From Podarcis pityusensis (lineage: Eukaryota), in assembly GCA_964106645.2 (NCBI GenBank), contig OZ067041.1: DNA of 64,000 bases. One strand, written 5' to 3'. The position numbers and the translations under genes were made by a program. Of this stretch, positions 12,973 through 23,130 are shown in pieces. The stretch's first letter is position 1. Each line of letters opens with the position of its first letter. A model generated the notes under the pieces. That model saw nothing but the letters and a program-made list of their open reading frames with translations. It searched no databases and had not been told where the DNA came from.

Positions 12973-13409
12973 CAGGGCCAGATTAAGGTTTGATGAGGCA
13001 CTAAGCTACTGAAGGTAATGGGGCCCTTTATATGTCCAGCTGTCCTTTGTCAACAATAAATTGTCGCTGTTTTTTTGTGTTGAATATATGCTATACGGTA
13101 ATTGATGGACCTAATAGATATCTAAAGCCATTTGCACATAACGAAATAGGTATTTTATCAAAGTAATTGTTGAACTAAAATACAATTAAGAAGTATATTA
13201 ATAGTGAAATAATTACTAAGCTCTAACTTAAAATGATTTTTTATTCATAACAAACTTAACAATGCAAACACATTGTCATTTGGCAATAACAAAAGTTCCT
13301 TTAGAAACACAATTTACCCTTTTTTTTTCCTTTAATTTTTTTTGGGGGGGCCCAAGAGAGTGGGGGCCTAAGCTATAGTTTGTTTAGCTTATACATAAAT
13401 TTGGCACTG
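12973..13409. mobile_element. hAT non-autonomous element
   Basis: TIRs cagggccagatt / aatttggcactg and perfect 8-bp TSD CTCAGGAG. Confidence 0.85.
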
Positions 13410-14799
13410 CTCAGGAGAAGCACAAAGGTGCTTTTATGACAGCAATGTTCCACATGCTTAACTGAAAGGGAAATCTTACTGAACTGCGTGAGATTCAGGG
13501 TGCTTCTAGGTGGGGACCTAGTAATGCAAACAGGTATTTGACTACTGGGTTTCCCACCCCCACCCCCCAAAAAGACTGAATATGGATTAAAACTGAGGGG
13601 CAGATATGGGGAGAGGGGAATATGAGAAAAATGTTGTGTGGTTGCAGCAAAAACAATGGCACACATGAGAATCGCCAATCCCACACTCTTGCTTATAAGT
13701 AAGATCATGTTTATGTATAGGATTATTTTCACACTTTGGCAAGAAAAAAAAGAAAAGAAAAGCCATCATCCTTGTCTTCTAGTGAATGTAATAGGAATAT
13801 TTGAAGCATGAACATGAGAAATGCAGAACAGGATTTGAGTTCCATGGAGCCTGATCCTATTCTTTCTTATGCAGAAGCAAATCCTACTGTGTTCAATGGG
13901 GCTAGGTCACAGATAAATGTGCAACAGAGTTGCAACCTTTTTGTTTTTGAATCCTTTTGGTGCTATCTGTGTGTATGTGTGAATACTGTTAATGTGGGGT
14001 AGAAACTAATGAAGACCACAAATTTTAGACAGGTTATACCCTTGGGGATGATGTTGTAATATTAGTAAGTCTGCGTGACTCATGTAGTGGTTTCCTATGT
14101 TGAACAGGCTCTGTGCAGTTTAGATTTCAAGCATGACTGTTTATGGTACTAAAATCCATCAACCCCAACTTCTCATCATTTCCAAGGGTTATATCATTAC
14201 TGTATTATTCTGGGTGCTATTTCCATAACGTCACTAACCTAGTTACTGGCAGGAGATTTCACATATAAATCTCCTGGGTCTGCACTCAAAATCACTGCTG
14301 TGGTCAGAAATTCTTATCCCATTCATTAATATGCACTGCATGGGTTTAATTCTGATCTATTATTGTGGTTTCAATTGCTTTTTATGTAAATTCTTGACTT
14401 TATGATTAGGTTTGGAGTGAGATGGTTCTATATTTTTTATTGTTGTGACATTTCAATTTGTTAGTCACATTGGGTTTCTTTGAAAATTAAGCAGCACATA
14501 CATTTTATTTTAAAAATACATGAACTGCAAGCTGTGTAAATAAATTGCTGTTTTTATCTACTATTTAACTGGCCCAATTATGACAAAAAAATGTGATTAA
14601 AGTGTGTTATCTGGTAAGTAATCTGCATGCAGGTATGGTTTCAAATGTGCACCTACAGAGGAAAGTTTTAAAAGCTTAGAGGACTCACAGAAAAAGACAC
14701 TCTCTCCAAATCTAGGTTCAAAAGCTGATGTTGGGAAGTCAAATGAAACTATCTTTAAGTGAGGAAATGGCTGGACATTTATAATATAAACAGCGAAGT

Positions 14800-14955
14800 G
14801 TCTTGTAGCACCTAAAAGATACATCCATTTATCTCCCGTACACTTCCAAACACCAGGAACCACTTCATAGGATGCATTTGCATCTATTTGTGGACTCTGA
14901 TCCACAAAAGCTCATGCCATAATAAATTTGGCAGTCTTTAAGATGTCAGAAGGGT
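14800..14955. mobile_element. Degraded Penelope-like fragment
   Basis: ttgtagcacctaaaaga...gtggactctgatccacaaaagctcatgccataataaatttggcagtctttaagatg is a decayed version of the 18108-18296 element. Confidence 0.5.
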
Positions 14956-15956
14956 ATTTTGTTTTGCTTTGTTTCTTTGCTGCAGCATACCTACTTAGAG
15001 ATTGGGTTGGCGTGCAACAATGCTCTCCTAAATTATTTGCATTGCACATTTGACCGTAATGTGTATGGTTCACTTTCTTACAATGTTTAAAAAGATTTAG
15101 AAAACATGGGCAAAAGGAAATAATGGTATTCTTTGGTTTTCATTTTTTCCTTGCCAAGGCATTTTAAATACTGTATGTAAGTTAATTTTATTTAAATCAG
15201 TGTAGGTTATTTACTTGCAGCTTGTTCAGTATGAGAAGGTGGGCTTCGTTCCTAGAAGGCGGTGTAGAGGGTTCGAGTTTACAACACTTTCGATGTGTTA
15301 TACTTTAATATATATTTTTCGACTGGCCCTACCAATAAACATCATTAGAACCATGCTGCAGATGTGCTTTAAGTTCCACTGTCATTAACAAGTCATTGTC
15401 TGCAATCACAGGGCAATAAATCCCTCTGGAATCAGTGGTGATTGTAAACGCATTTTAGTGGGACAAGCCAATGAATGGAAAGAAACTACTTAGCATGATG
15501 CAGTTTACAACCCCCTCTCCAAATAAATCTGTTGGAGGGTCAGTTGTGGTGCTTAATCTGTGCCTTCATCTATGCTGAAGGGGAAAGGTTGCAGTGCAGT
15601 CCCACATTCAATCTCTGGGATCGCCAAGATGGGCTGACCTGACAAGAGATCCCAGCCTCAAAGCCTGGAGAGCTGACAACACTGGATCACCACTGCATTA
15701 GCAGGCAGCTTCTGGTGCCCTTTGTTCAACCTTAATATGTGTAAATAAGCACAGATGTAAAGATCTAATAATTTTCTTCTGAGGGGAACCTAACCTGGGT
15801 GTTGCAGCCAGGAGTTTTGCACTGCTTGGAGAAAGGGATTGATCATGTTTTGACACTGAGCCAATCCAAAAGTTCTATAGGTGGGGATTAATCTATTAGT
15901 GCTCATTCACACATGCACATCACTGCTTGGTGCAAAAGATAGTCAATGTGTCAAGC

Positions 15957-15960
<4 letters not shown>

Positions 15961-15996
<36 letters not shown>

Positions 15997-16007
15997 CGCA
16001 CGCGTGC
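15961..16007. repeat. (TG)n(CG)n alternating purine-pyrimidine microsatellite
   Basis: Direct inspection. Confidence 0.95.
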
Positions 16008-17024
16008 TTGTCATATGAAGGAGAACAAAATGTGTTAGGGTTTTGAGATTCTAGAAATACATTTTGCAATAACACAAATCACATTGCTTGCTTTTCTTTC
16101 TCACTTCTGACATCCTGTTAATCCCTCTCTCTTTATTGTGCCAGCTCTCTTGAGGGAACGTCTTGCCACTGAGATACTGACTAGATTTAGTTTCCATTGA
16201 CCTTAAAGGCATTAACTACCCACTGCTCATTTTGTTTTTCTTTTGAGAAGTAGTTTGCTTGCCCCATTGTTCCTTGTTATTCTTCTCCCAGATGCTTCCT
16301 TCCTTGATGCTGTAGCTGAAATGCTTATCTTCCTTTAAGTTTCCACCCACAACACATCCTTTTCTTAACAATTATCTCATTTCCTTTTGATAATAAGTCT
16401 GTTCCTTAATCATATTTAATCCTTGTCGGTAGCTGGCATAACATAATGATTAGGAGACTGAATTACAGATTGAGATACACCAAGTTTCACTACTGCCATG
16501 TGCTCACTTGGTGATCTTAAACCAGCCTGTAGTATTGTGGGGGAGTTTTAATACTGGTTTACCATAGATAGCTGCTGTAAGGACTACAACTAGAACATGA
16601 ACACGAAGAGCTCGGAATGTATGAAAGCGCTACACATTTTGTGCAGTGTTTTGTGATTTAGAATACAGGGCTTAATTGGAGCCCAGGGGTTTTCTGAGTC
16701 TCATCACCAGAACAACTTCTTCCAATGCTAGGGCCTGGAGTTGAACATGAGAAGTAACAATGTGAAAAAATACTTTCCATGAGCTTCTGAGAAACAACAA
16801 CCAGAGCCCATGCACCAGGGGTTTGTGATAGGCATCTAAGCAATGTGACTAGTTCCAATAGATTATTGGCAGTGGTGAGAGGTAAGGGACTCCCTGATAA
16901 AATTGACAATCTCCAACTGCCGACTCAATCCCAAAATTTACAATCTCAATCTGCTGACTCAGTTCATATTTCTACCAACTCCATCTTCTGACTTAGGCTG
17001 AATAAACATCATACATTTAAAGCA

Positions 17025-17039
<15 letters not shown>

Positions 17040-17055
<16 letters not shown>

Positions 17056-17420
17056 TATTAAATTTGTATGCCACCTTCATCCAAAGATAAGAGGGCAGTT
17101 CACAACATAAAAAATACAAAATGAGAACACAAAATTCAAAATACATAATAACAACGAGAACAAAAGCAAACCAATAACCCTTAGAATGCTAATCAGCCAA
17201 AGGCCTGGTTCTGGAGAAACGTTTCCGCCTGGTGCCTAAAGATATGTAATGAAGGCACCAGACAAGATTCCCTAGGGAGAGCATTCCACAAACAGGGAGC
17301 CCTGCAGAAAGGCTTGTACTTGTGTTGCCACCCTCCGGACCAATCATGAAGGAGGTCCTCAGATGATTATTGCAGAGTCCAAGTTGATTCATATGGAGAG
17401 AGGCTGTCCTTGAGGCACAT
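17040..17420 (-). mobile_element. L2-type LINE 3' fragment
   Basis: (TAA)n tail and ggagagcattccacaaaca..gcagaaaggc motif. Homologous to 47650-48045. Confidence 0.7.
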
Positions 17421-17719
17421 GTCTTCAAAGCACATGACTTTCCCCAAAGAACCATGGGAACTGTAGTTTACACCAGAGAGCTATAACTCCCAGCACCCTG
17501 AACATGCTACAATTCCTGGGATTCTTTGTGGAAATTGATAGGCTTCCGATGCATATTAAATTTATGGTATGTATGCAGCATAGTCCCAATCACTTAGCTA
17601 AATCATGGCTCCCTGTGGTGTGTTCTAAAAACAGTGGTTTAGAAAGCTTCCACACAAGGTTAGCAGGCTGGACTGCCACTGGCCCTCCTGAAATTTAAGA
17701 ATCAAAACCCACTACATTA

Positions 17720-17855
17720 GGGATAACCAATGTTGTGCCCTACAGATGTTGTAGGACTGCAACTCCCTTCATCCCTGACCACTGGCCGTGCTTACTGAGT
17801 CTGATGGGAGTTGGAAGTCCAACAACATTTGGGTAGCACCACATTGCCAGCTCCT
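17720..17855. repeat. Dispersed ~130-bp hairpin MITE family (ggactacaactccc/gggagttg)
   Basis: Similar copies at about 20308, 22307, 33168, 42285, 55190 and 57425. Confidence 0.65.
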
Positions 17856-18107
17856 GCATTGCATGATAAGCTCCTCTACCAAATTTCTACTCTATGCAAG
17901 GAGAAGAAGTTTAATAAAAAAAACCAACAACACGGCCCTGTTTCCTCTTTATCTGTTGATGGGGCATTCTCAGATTTTACAGACTTCATTTCATAAACAG
18001 AAAACACTTCTGCTAGGAAATCCCATGAAACCAATGAGGATCACATGTAATCATTTTGAATGTTTGTACATCATGGCACAGAAATATACATGCACTGGGA
18101 AACTAAA

Positions 18108-18296
18108 TAAAAAAATCCTTCCAGTAGCACCTTTAAGACCAACTAAGTTAGTTCTTGGTATGAGCTTTCGTGTGCAAGCACACTTCTTCAGATACTTCAG
18201 ATGGTGTATCTGAAGAAGTGTGCTTGCACACGAAAGCTCATACCAAGAACTAACTTAGTTGGTCTTAAAGGTGCTACTGGAAGGATTTTTTTATTT
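18108..18296. mobile_element. Palindromic Penelope-like element fragment (91-bp perfect inverted repeat) with TSD
   Basis: 18105-18195 is the exact reverse complement of 18206-18296 (10-nt loop). Direct repeat TGGGAAACTAAA at 18096-18107 and 18297-18308. The gtagcacctttaagaccaac..agctttcgtg..cacttcttcagat motif is typical of reptile Penelope termini. Confidence 0.8.
18202..18246 (+). ncRNA. Minimal type I hammerhead ribozyme motif (Penelope type)
   Basis: gtat-CTGAAGA(18210-16)-a-gtgtgc tt gcacac-GAAA(18232-35)-gc-TC-atac: core boxes, stem II, palindromic AGCT stem III, stem I gtat/atac. A mirror copy lies on - at about 18155-18199. Confidence 0.7.
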
Positions 18297-18693
18297 TGGG
18301 AAACTAAAGCCTATCATAGCTTCCCAGGTTGTACATGCTGAAAAACACCAGTGAGGTCAAGTCTCATTAGTGACAGTCCATAGGTGGATTTCAACTTCCC
18401 CACTATTTAAAGAAATGGGTAAAGTGCGGTATGTACAATGTGAAGTAGCCTTCAGGCCAATGACCTGCCATTTGTTAGTTCTTAGCTAGACATGGAAAAG
18501 CTTCACTGCTTGTTTTGGGGAGTTTTGTCTGCTATGGCAACATTTTGAAAATCCCCTGATATGGTTGCAGTGGAACAACAGCCTCTATCTTCATTATGCA
18601 CCTAGGCTATACCCAAAATCCAAATAGTAGAGCATTGTAGTGGCAAAAAAGGCTATTGTGTATCTGTAACACATCTCTTTTTTCTATTCCTAG

Positions 18694-18775
18694 TTAAATG
18701 AAGGTCTCTGTTCCCCATGGACTTTCCAGGGCCTGACTCTGTGCATCATATGTATTGTTCTCTGTAGGATAAAGG
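18694..18775 (+). CDS. CD200: CD200 exon 2 (signal peptide)
   Basis: ttttttctattcctag| acceptor, G|gtaagt donor. 82 nt, phase 0 to 1. Encodes LNEGLCSPWTFQGLTLCIICIVLCRIK, with the same length and phase as the human leader exon (IVLC vs VVLC). Confidence 0.88.
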
Positions 18776-18821
18776 GTAAGTCTAACATGATTAGTGCATT
18801 GGGGAAAGTGTAATGACTAGG

Positions 18822-19122
18822 CAAGGGTGGCTCAAGACATTTTGCCACCTGAGGCAATGGACAACATGGTACACACACACACTCTTGATATCGAGTAGCC
18901 AGCTGGACTGACTGCTGAATCCTAATTCAGTACTAGCAATGGGGCACTGCACTGTCCTGGAGGGAGGTCAGCACCATAGTTGTAAGGCTGGAGCCCCACA
19001 GCTCTCATCTCCAACAGTATGGACAGGGATATCAGGAGGAAGAGCTAAGGGCTGCCACCACCTCCCATCTTATGGCACCTGCACCAGTCACCTCATTCTA
19101 CCTAATGGTAGAGCCAGACCTG
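18822..19122. mobile_element. hAT non-autonomous element
   Basis: Decayed TIRs and 8-bp TSD TGACTAGG/TGACTATG, 46 nt after the CD200 exon 2 donor. Confidence 0.6.
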
Positions 19123-19244
19123 TGACTATGAGCCAGTAGACCAGCAAGTGTGGCTGGCAGAGGGCTATGGAGAGTCTTGTGCTGCTGTGAGCAGGATGGG
19201 CTTTTATTTTGAGTCAAAGAAATGTATTTTTTTGGCATCTGTCT

Positions 19245-19465
19245 GTCTCAGGAGACAATGGAGGAGCACGCTTTGAGGGATGAAGTCAAACTGTTGGAAG
19301 GTTGCAGCACCTGCTGTGGCTGTAGAGACCAATGCAGGAGAGATATGTTTTGTTGCAGGTCAGGCAGATGAAGGCATCTGGTTGTGCTGCTACAAATGAA
19401 CCATAGTGTTTCTTTTCTCTGTGCTCCTCCCAGTGGCCTTTCATCTTCTGGTCACTGCACAGACA
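19245..19465 (-). mobile_element. RTE-clade LINE 3' fragment
   Basis: FICLTCNKTYLSCIGLYSHSRCC zinc-finger-like ORF end, typical of RTE elements. Confidence 0.7.
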
Positions 19466-19760
19466 CACACAGAGCTGCCTTGTGAGGTTAAGTAATGTAT
19501 GCAGCAACCCTCTTCCCCAAATTGTTCCTACCATGAATTTCAGAAAGGCTTCCTTTTCCCTCCACCTATCCAGTGAAAGGTTTTTAAAAAATGAAAGAAA
19601 AATATTTTGGAATTAGCAGCCCAGTTCTAATCTGTTCATGGTTGCTAGAAGTGCAGAACAGGAATTTTTGCATAAATAAATATTTTCCTTGGATCTAGAC
19701 CAAGGGATTTGTAAGCATAAGATACGAGAGGTGATTATTAATTATTTTGTCTTGCCGCAG

Positions 19761-20087
19761 GTGCCATATTGACAAGTGACAGAGACGTGGAGCTGGGCGG
19801 CAACGCTACTTTGAGATGTACCCTAACAGAATCTCTTCCAACTGTTCAAGTTACATGGCAGCAAGAGGTTAATAAAAACGTTGTAAATTTGGCAGCATAT
19901 TACAACAACCAAATTCCAAATATTAATGACCGATACAAAGGTCGAGTCAATTTAACAATTTTAGAACTCAATGACACTGCCATCAGCTTCTGGAATGTTA
20001 GCACCCAAGAAAATGGTTGTTACCGATGCATATTTAACATATTTCCTCTAGGATCCAATAGCAAAAAAACTTGTCTTTCTGTTTACG
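19761..20087 (+). CDS. CD200: CD200 exon 3 (IgV)
   Basis: cttgccgcag|GT acceptor, G|gtgagt donor, 327 nt. Encodes ATLRC..VTW..YKGRVNLT..ISFWNVS..GCYRCIFNIF..CLSVY. Confidence 0.95.
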
Positions 20088-21073
20088 GTGAGTCATTTCA
20101 TATTAAAATAGCTAGAGCAGGGCATTTCTTCAAATATGCTCCTTTGATAATGAAGCAATACAACACACACCATTATCTCCCCCCTGTTCCAGGGGCGCAG
20201 GACTTGCCCAAGTTTGGTTTCCTTAGGAAGGGTGTTACAAGAGCCCTACAGCATTTCCTAATACATATAACTACCGATTGAGTATAATTGGAACTACAGC
20301 TTAAACCACAGGTGGTGAACCTGTGGTCCTTCAGTTGATGTTGGACTACAACTCCTACGATCCATGAGCACGCTAGCTGCAGATTATGAGAGCAAAACCT
20401 GATAGTCTAAGATTACAATATCCACAGCAGATCGGAGGCAGTATATTTCCAGTTGCCCAGTTCCTGCCTGTGGACTTCCTGTGGGCATCTGATTGGCTAC
20501 TGTGAGAGCAGAATGCTGAACTTGATAGGTCATTGATCCATTAGGTTCTTATATTCTTCTATGCTGATATGGGGAGTGGAACAGAATACTAAGAAGCTCC
20601 GGGGACCAAAAGCTCAGCTTGGTGTCTGATCTCCATCTGCCTCAAAACTGCAGGCTTCTCCTTTCGTTTCCCTGTATATACAGAGACCTGGATCACAACA
20701 TTTGTTAACTGTGCAGGAGGATCTGTCCCCTTCTCTCATAATTCTTCCGATTAAGGACATTCCCAAATCTTTTGTTAGCAATGGGCTAAGCAGTTTGTTG
20801 CTATGGCAACATATTCCTGAACAATTAACAAGTCCAAGGTTCTGGCCTGTTATGCCACAGAGAAACTCACACTAACGAAAACCCCTTTGTAAAACTGATT
20901 ATAAATCAGCCCACTGTGTAATAATGCTACAACATATGTTTTGGTTTTCAGCCAGAATATTGCAGTGTGGGACATTGGGCTTGTCCACATGTATGGTGTG
21001 TTGAATAACACACTATAGCACACTACAGTTGAAGGATGATTGCTCAAAGTTAACATAAGTTTCCTACCATATA

Positions 21074-21436
21074 GTAGGAAAGTGATAGTCAAGGGACCCC
21101 TGACCATTAGGTCCAGTCATGGCCTACTCTGGGGTTGCGGCGCTCATCTCTCTTTATTGGCTAAGGTAGCCGGCGTACAACTTCCGGGTCATGTGGCCAG
21201 CATGACTAAGCCACTTCTGGGAAACCAGAGCAGTCCACGGAAACGCCGTTTACCTTCCCACCGGAGCGGTACCTATTTATCTACTTGCACTTTGACATGC
21301 TTTCAAACTGCTAGGTTGGCAGGAGCAGGGACCGAGCAACGGGAGTTCACCCCATTGCGAGGATTCGAACCGCCAACTTTCTGATCGCCAAGTCCTAGGC
21401 TCTGTGGTTTAACCCACAGCACCACCCATGTCCCTT
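21074..21436 (-). mobile_element. Sauria SINE (copy 1 of tandem pair)
   Basis: Full-length reverse-complemented Sauria SINE flanked by TTCCTACCATATA. Confidence 0.9.
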
Positions 21437-21449
21437 TTCCTACCATATA

Positions 21450-21797
21450 AGGTAAAGGTAAAGGGACCCCTGACCATTAGGTCCAGTCGTGACCGACTCT
21501 GGGGTTGCGGCGCTCATCTCGCTTTATTGGCCAAGGGAGCCGGCGTACAGCTTCCGGGTCATGTGGCCAGCATGACTAAGCCGCTTCTGGCGAACCAGAG
21601 CAGCGCACGGAAACACCGTTTACCTTCCTGCTGGAGCGGTACCTATTTATCTACTTGCACTTCGTGCTTTCGAACTGGTAGGTTGGCAGGAGCAGGGACC
21701 GAGCAACGGGAGTTCACCCCGTCGCAGGGATTCGAACCACTGACCTTCTGATCGGCAAGTCCTAGGCTCTGTGGTTTAACCCACAGCGCCACCCGCG
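21450..21797 (-). mobile_element. Sauria SINE (copy 2 of tandem pair)
   Basis: aggtaaaggtaaaggg tail through ccacagcgccacccgcg head, flanked by TTCCTACCATATA. Confidence 0.92.
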
Positions 21798-21946
21798 TTC
21801 CTACCATATAGTCTGCCTCTAATTCAACAGTTTGCAGTTTGCCCTGCTGAGTCCCTCACTGATACAGTAGCATCTTTTCATCTTCCTTTTATTGCCCACC
21901 TGCTGTCCTTATGGTGAAGCATTTTGTGCCGTCATTTATGTCACAG

Positions 21947-22210
21947 GCCGCCTCAACACATTTTTACACTACAGCATCTCTGATGGGCGCTTGAATGCCA
22001 CCTGCTCAGCAACGGGCTTCCCACGTCCCAACATCACATGGGTTGTGCCAAGAGGCCTGAAGGAGGAACACGAGATCACAAATCCCAATGGAACAGTATC
22101 GGTCATAAGCAATATCCTTGTAAATGCCTCAGATAGCCATTCTGGACAAGAGATGATCTGCAAGGTTACACACAGGGGGAAAGAGATGGATCTCAAGGTA
22201 CCAAGAAAAG
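21947..22210 (+). CDS. CD200: CD200 exon 4 (IgC)
   Basis: tcacag|GC acceptor, G|gtaagt donor, 264 nt. LHYSISDGRLNATCSATGFPRPNITWVVPR...PNGTVSVIS..GQEMICKVTH matches mammalian CD200 (LHYKFSEDHLNITCSAT...PNGTTSVTS..GKEVICQVLH). Confidence 0.95.
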
Positions 22211-23035
22211 GTAAGTGAGCAAAGCACTCGGTGCCTGTCATCCTCCTAAAAGGTAGCAAACTTTCACCTTAAAAATCTTGTATTTTCTTTTCTTCCATTC
22301 TACAAGGGATGGTGAACCTGCAGCCCTCCATATGTTACTGACCTACAGTTTTCCACCATCATTGATCATTGTCCATGATACCTGGGGGCGATGAGAACTG
22401 GAGTATAACAACCTCTGGAGTGTCACAAGTTTGCCATGCCTGATGTAAAAGAAAAGAAAAAATTCAGACTAAAGAGAGGCTTTAGTGCAGGGATGTGGAA
22501 CAGGTTCCAGGTGGCAGTTTTTGGCAGTTGAGTGGGGCTACCCACCTGTCCACCCCTGGATCCTTTAATACTGTATATTTCACACTTCCCCTTATCAAGT
22601 AATAATTATCATTTTATTCTATTGTTACATGCATGCATTCTTCCTTATTTTTCCTTCCTTCAAGATGGATTTGGGCATGTGCTTTTAGTCTCCCTCTGAA
22701 ATTCTTTACTCTTACCTCTTTCATAAACTGAAACACACTCACTGGTTTTCAGCGAATGCATTTTGAACATATTCTTAGAAGTTATTTCAACCTCTAGTCA
22801 TCTCACCCACTACAGCAAATTAAGGACCTCACTTTCAATGTAGAATTGTGATTTTATTCTATATTACATTATTATATGATATTATATTATAATATAAATC
22901 ATTATTATATTATATTATATTATATTATGTTATGTTATGTTGTTATGTTATGTTATGTTATGTTATTGCATTTATATTTATATTACATAGACTCCTCTCC
23001 ATACTGTCAGCAATTATTTTCTTTCCTCCATATAG

Positions 23036-23130
23036 GCTATCCATATGCTGTGGTGGTAACTGTACTTGTCCTAATTTCTCTGACTGTGGTTATTATTGCG
23101 GTGTGCTGCTGGAAACGACACCAAAAATAA
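23036..23130 (+). CDS. CD200: CD200 exon 5 (TM and short tail, stop codon)
   Basis: ttttctttcctccatatag|GC acceptor. Encodes GYPYAVVVTVLVLISLTVVIIAVCCWKRHQK* (human GYWFSV...YWKRHRNQDR). A gtaagt donor follows at 23138. Confidence 0.92.

Noticed and set aside
16820-16881. Possible CD200 leader exon ending LLAVVR G|gtaagg
   Set aside because: Not hydrophobic enough and no good acceptor; 18694-18775 fits size, phase and sequence much better.
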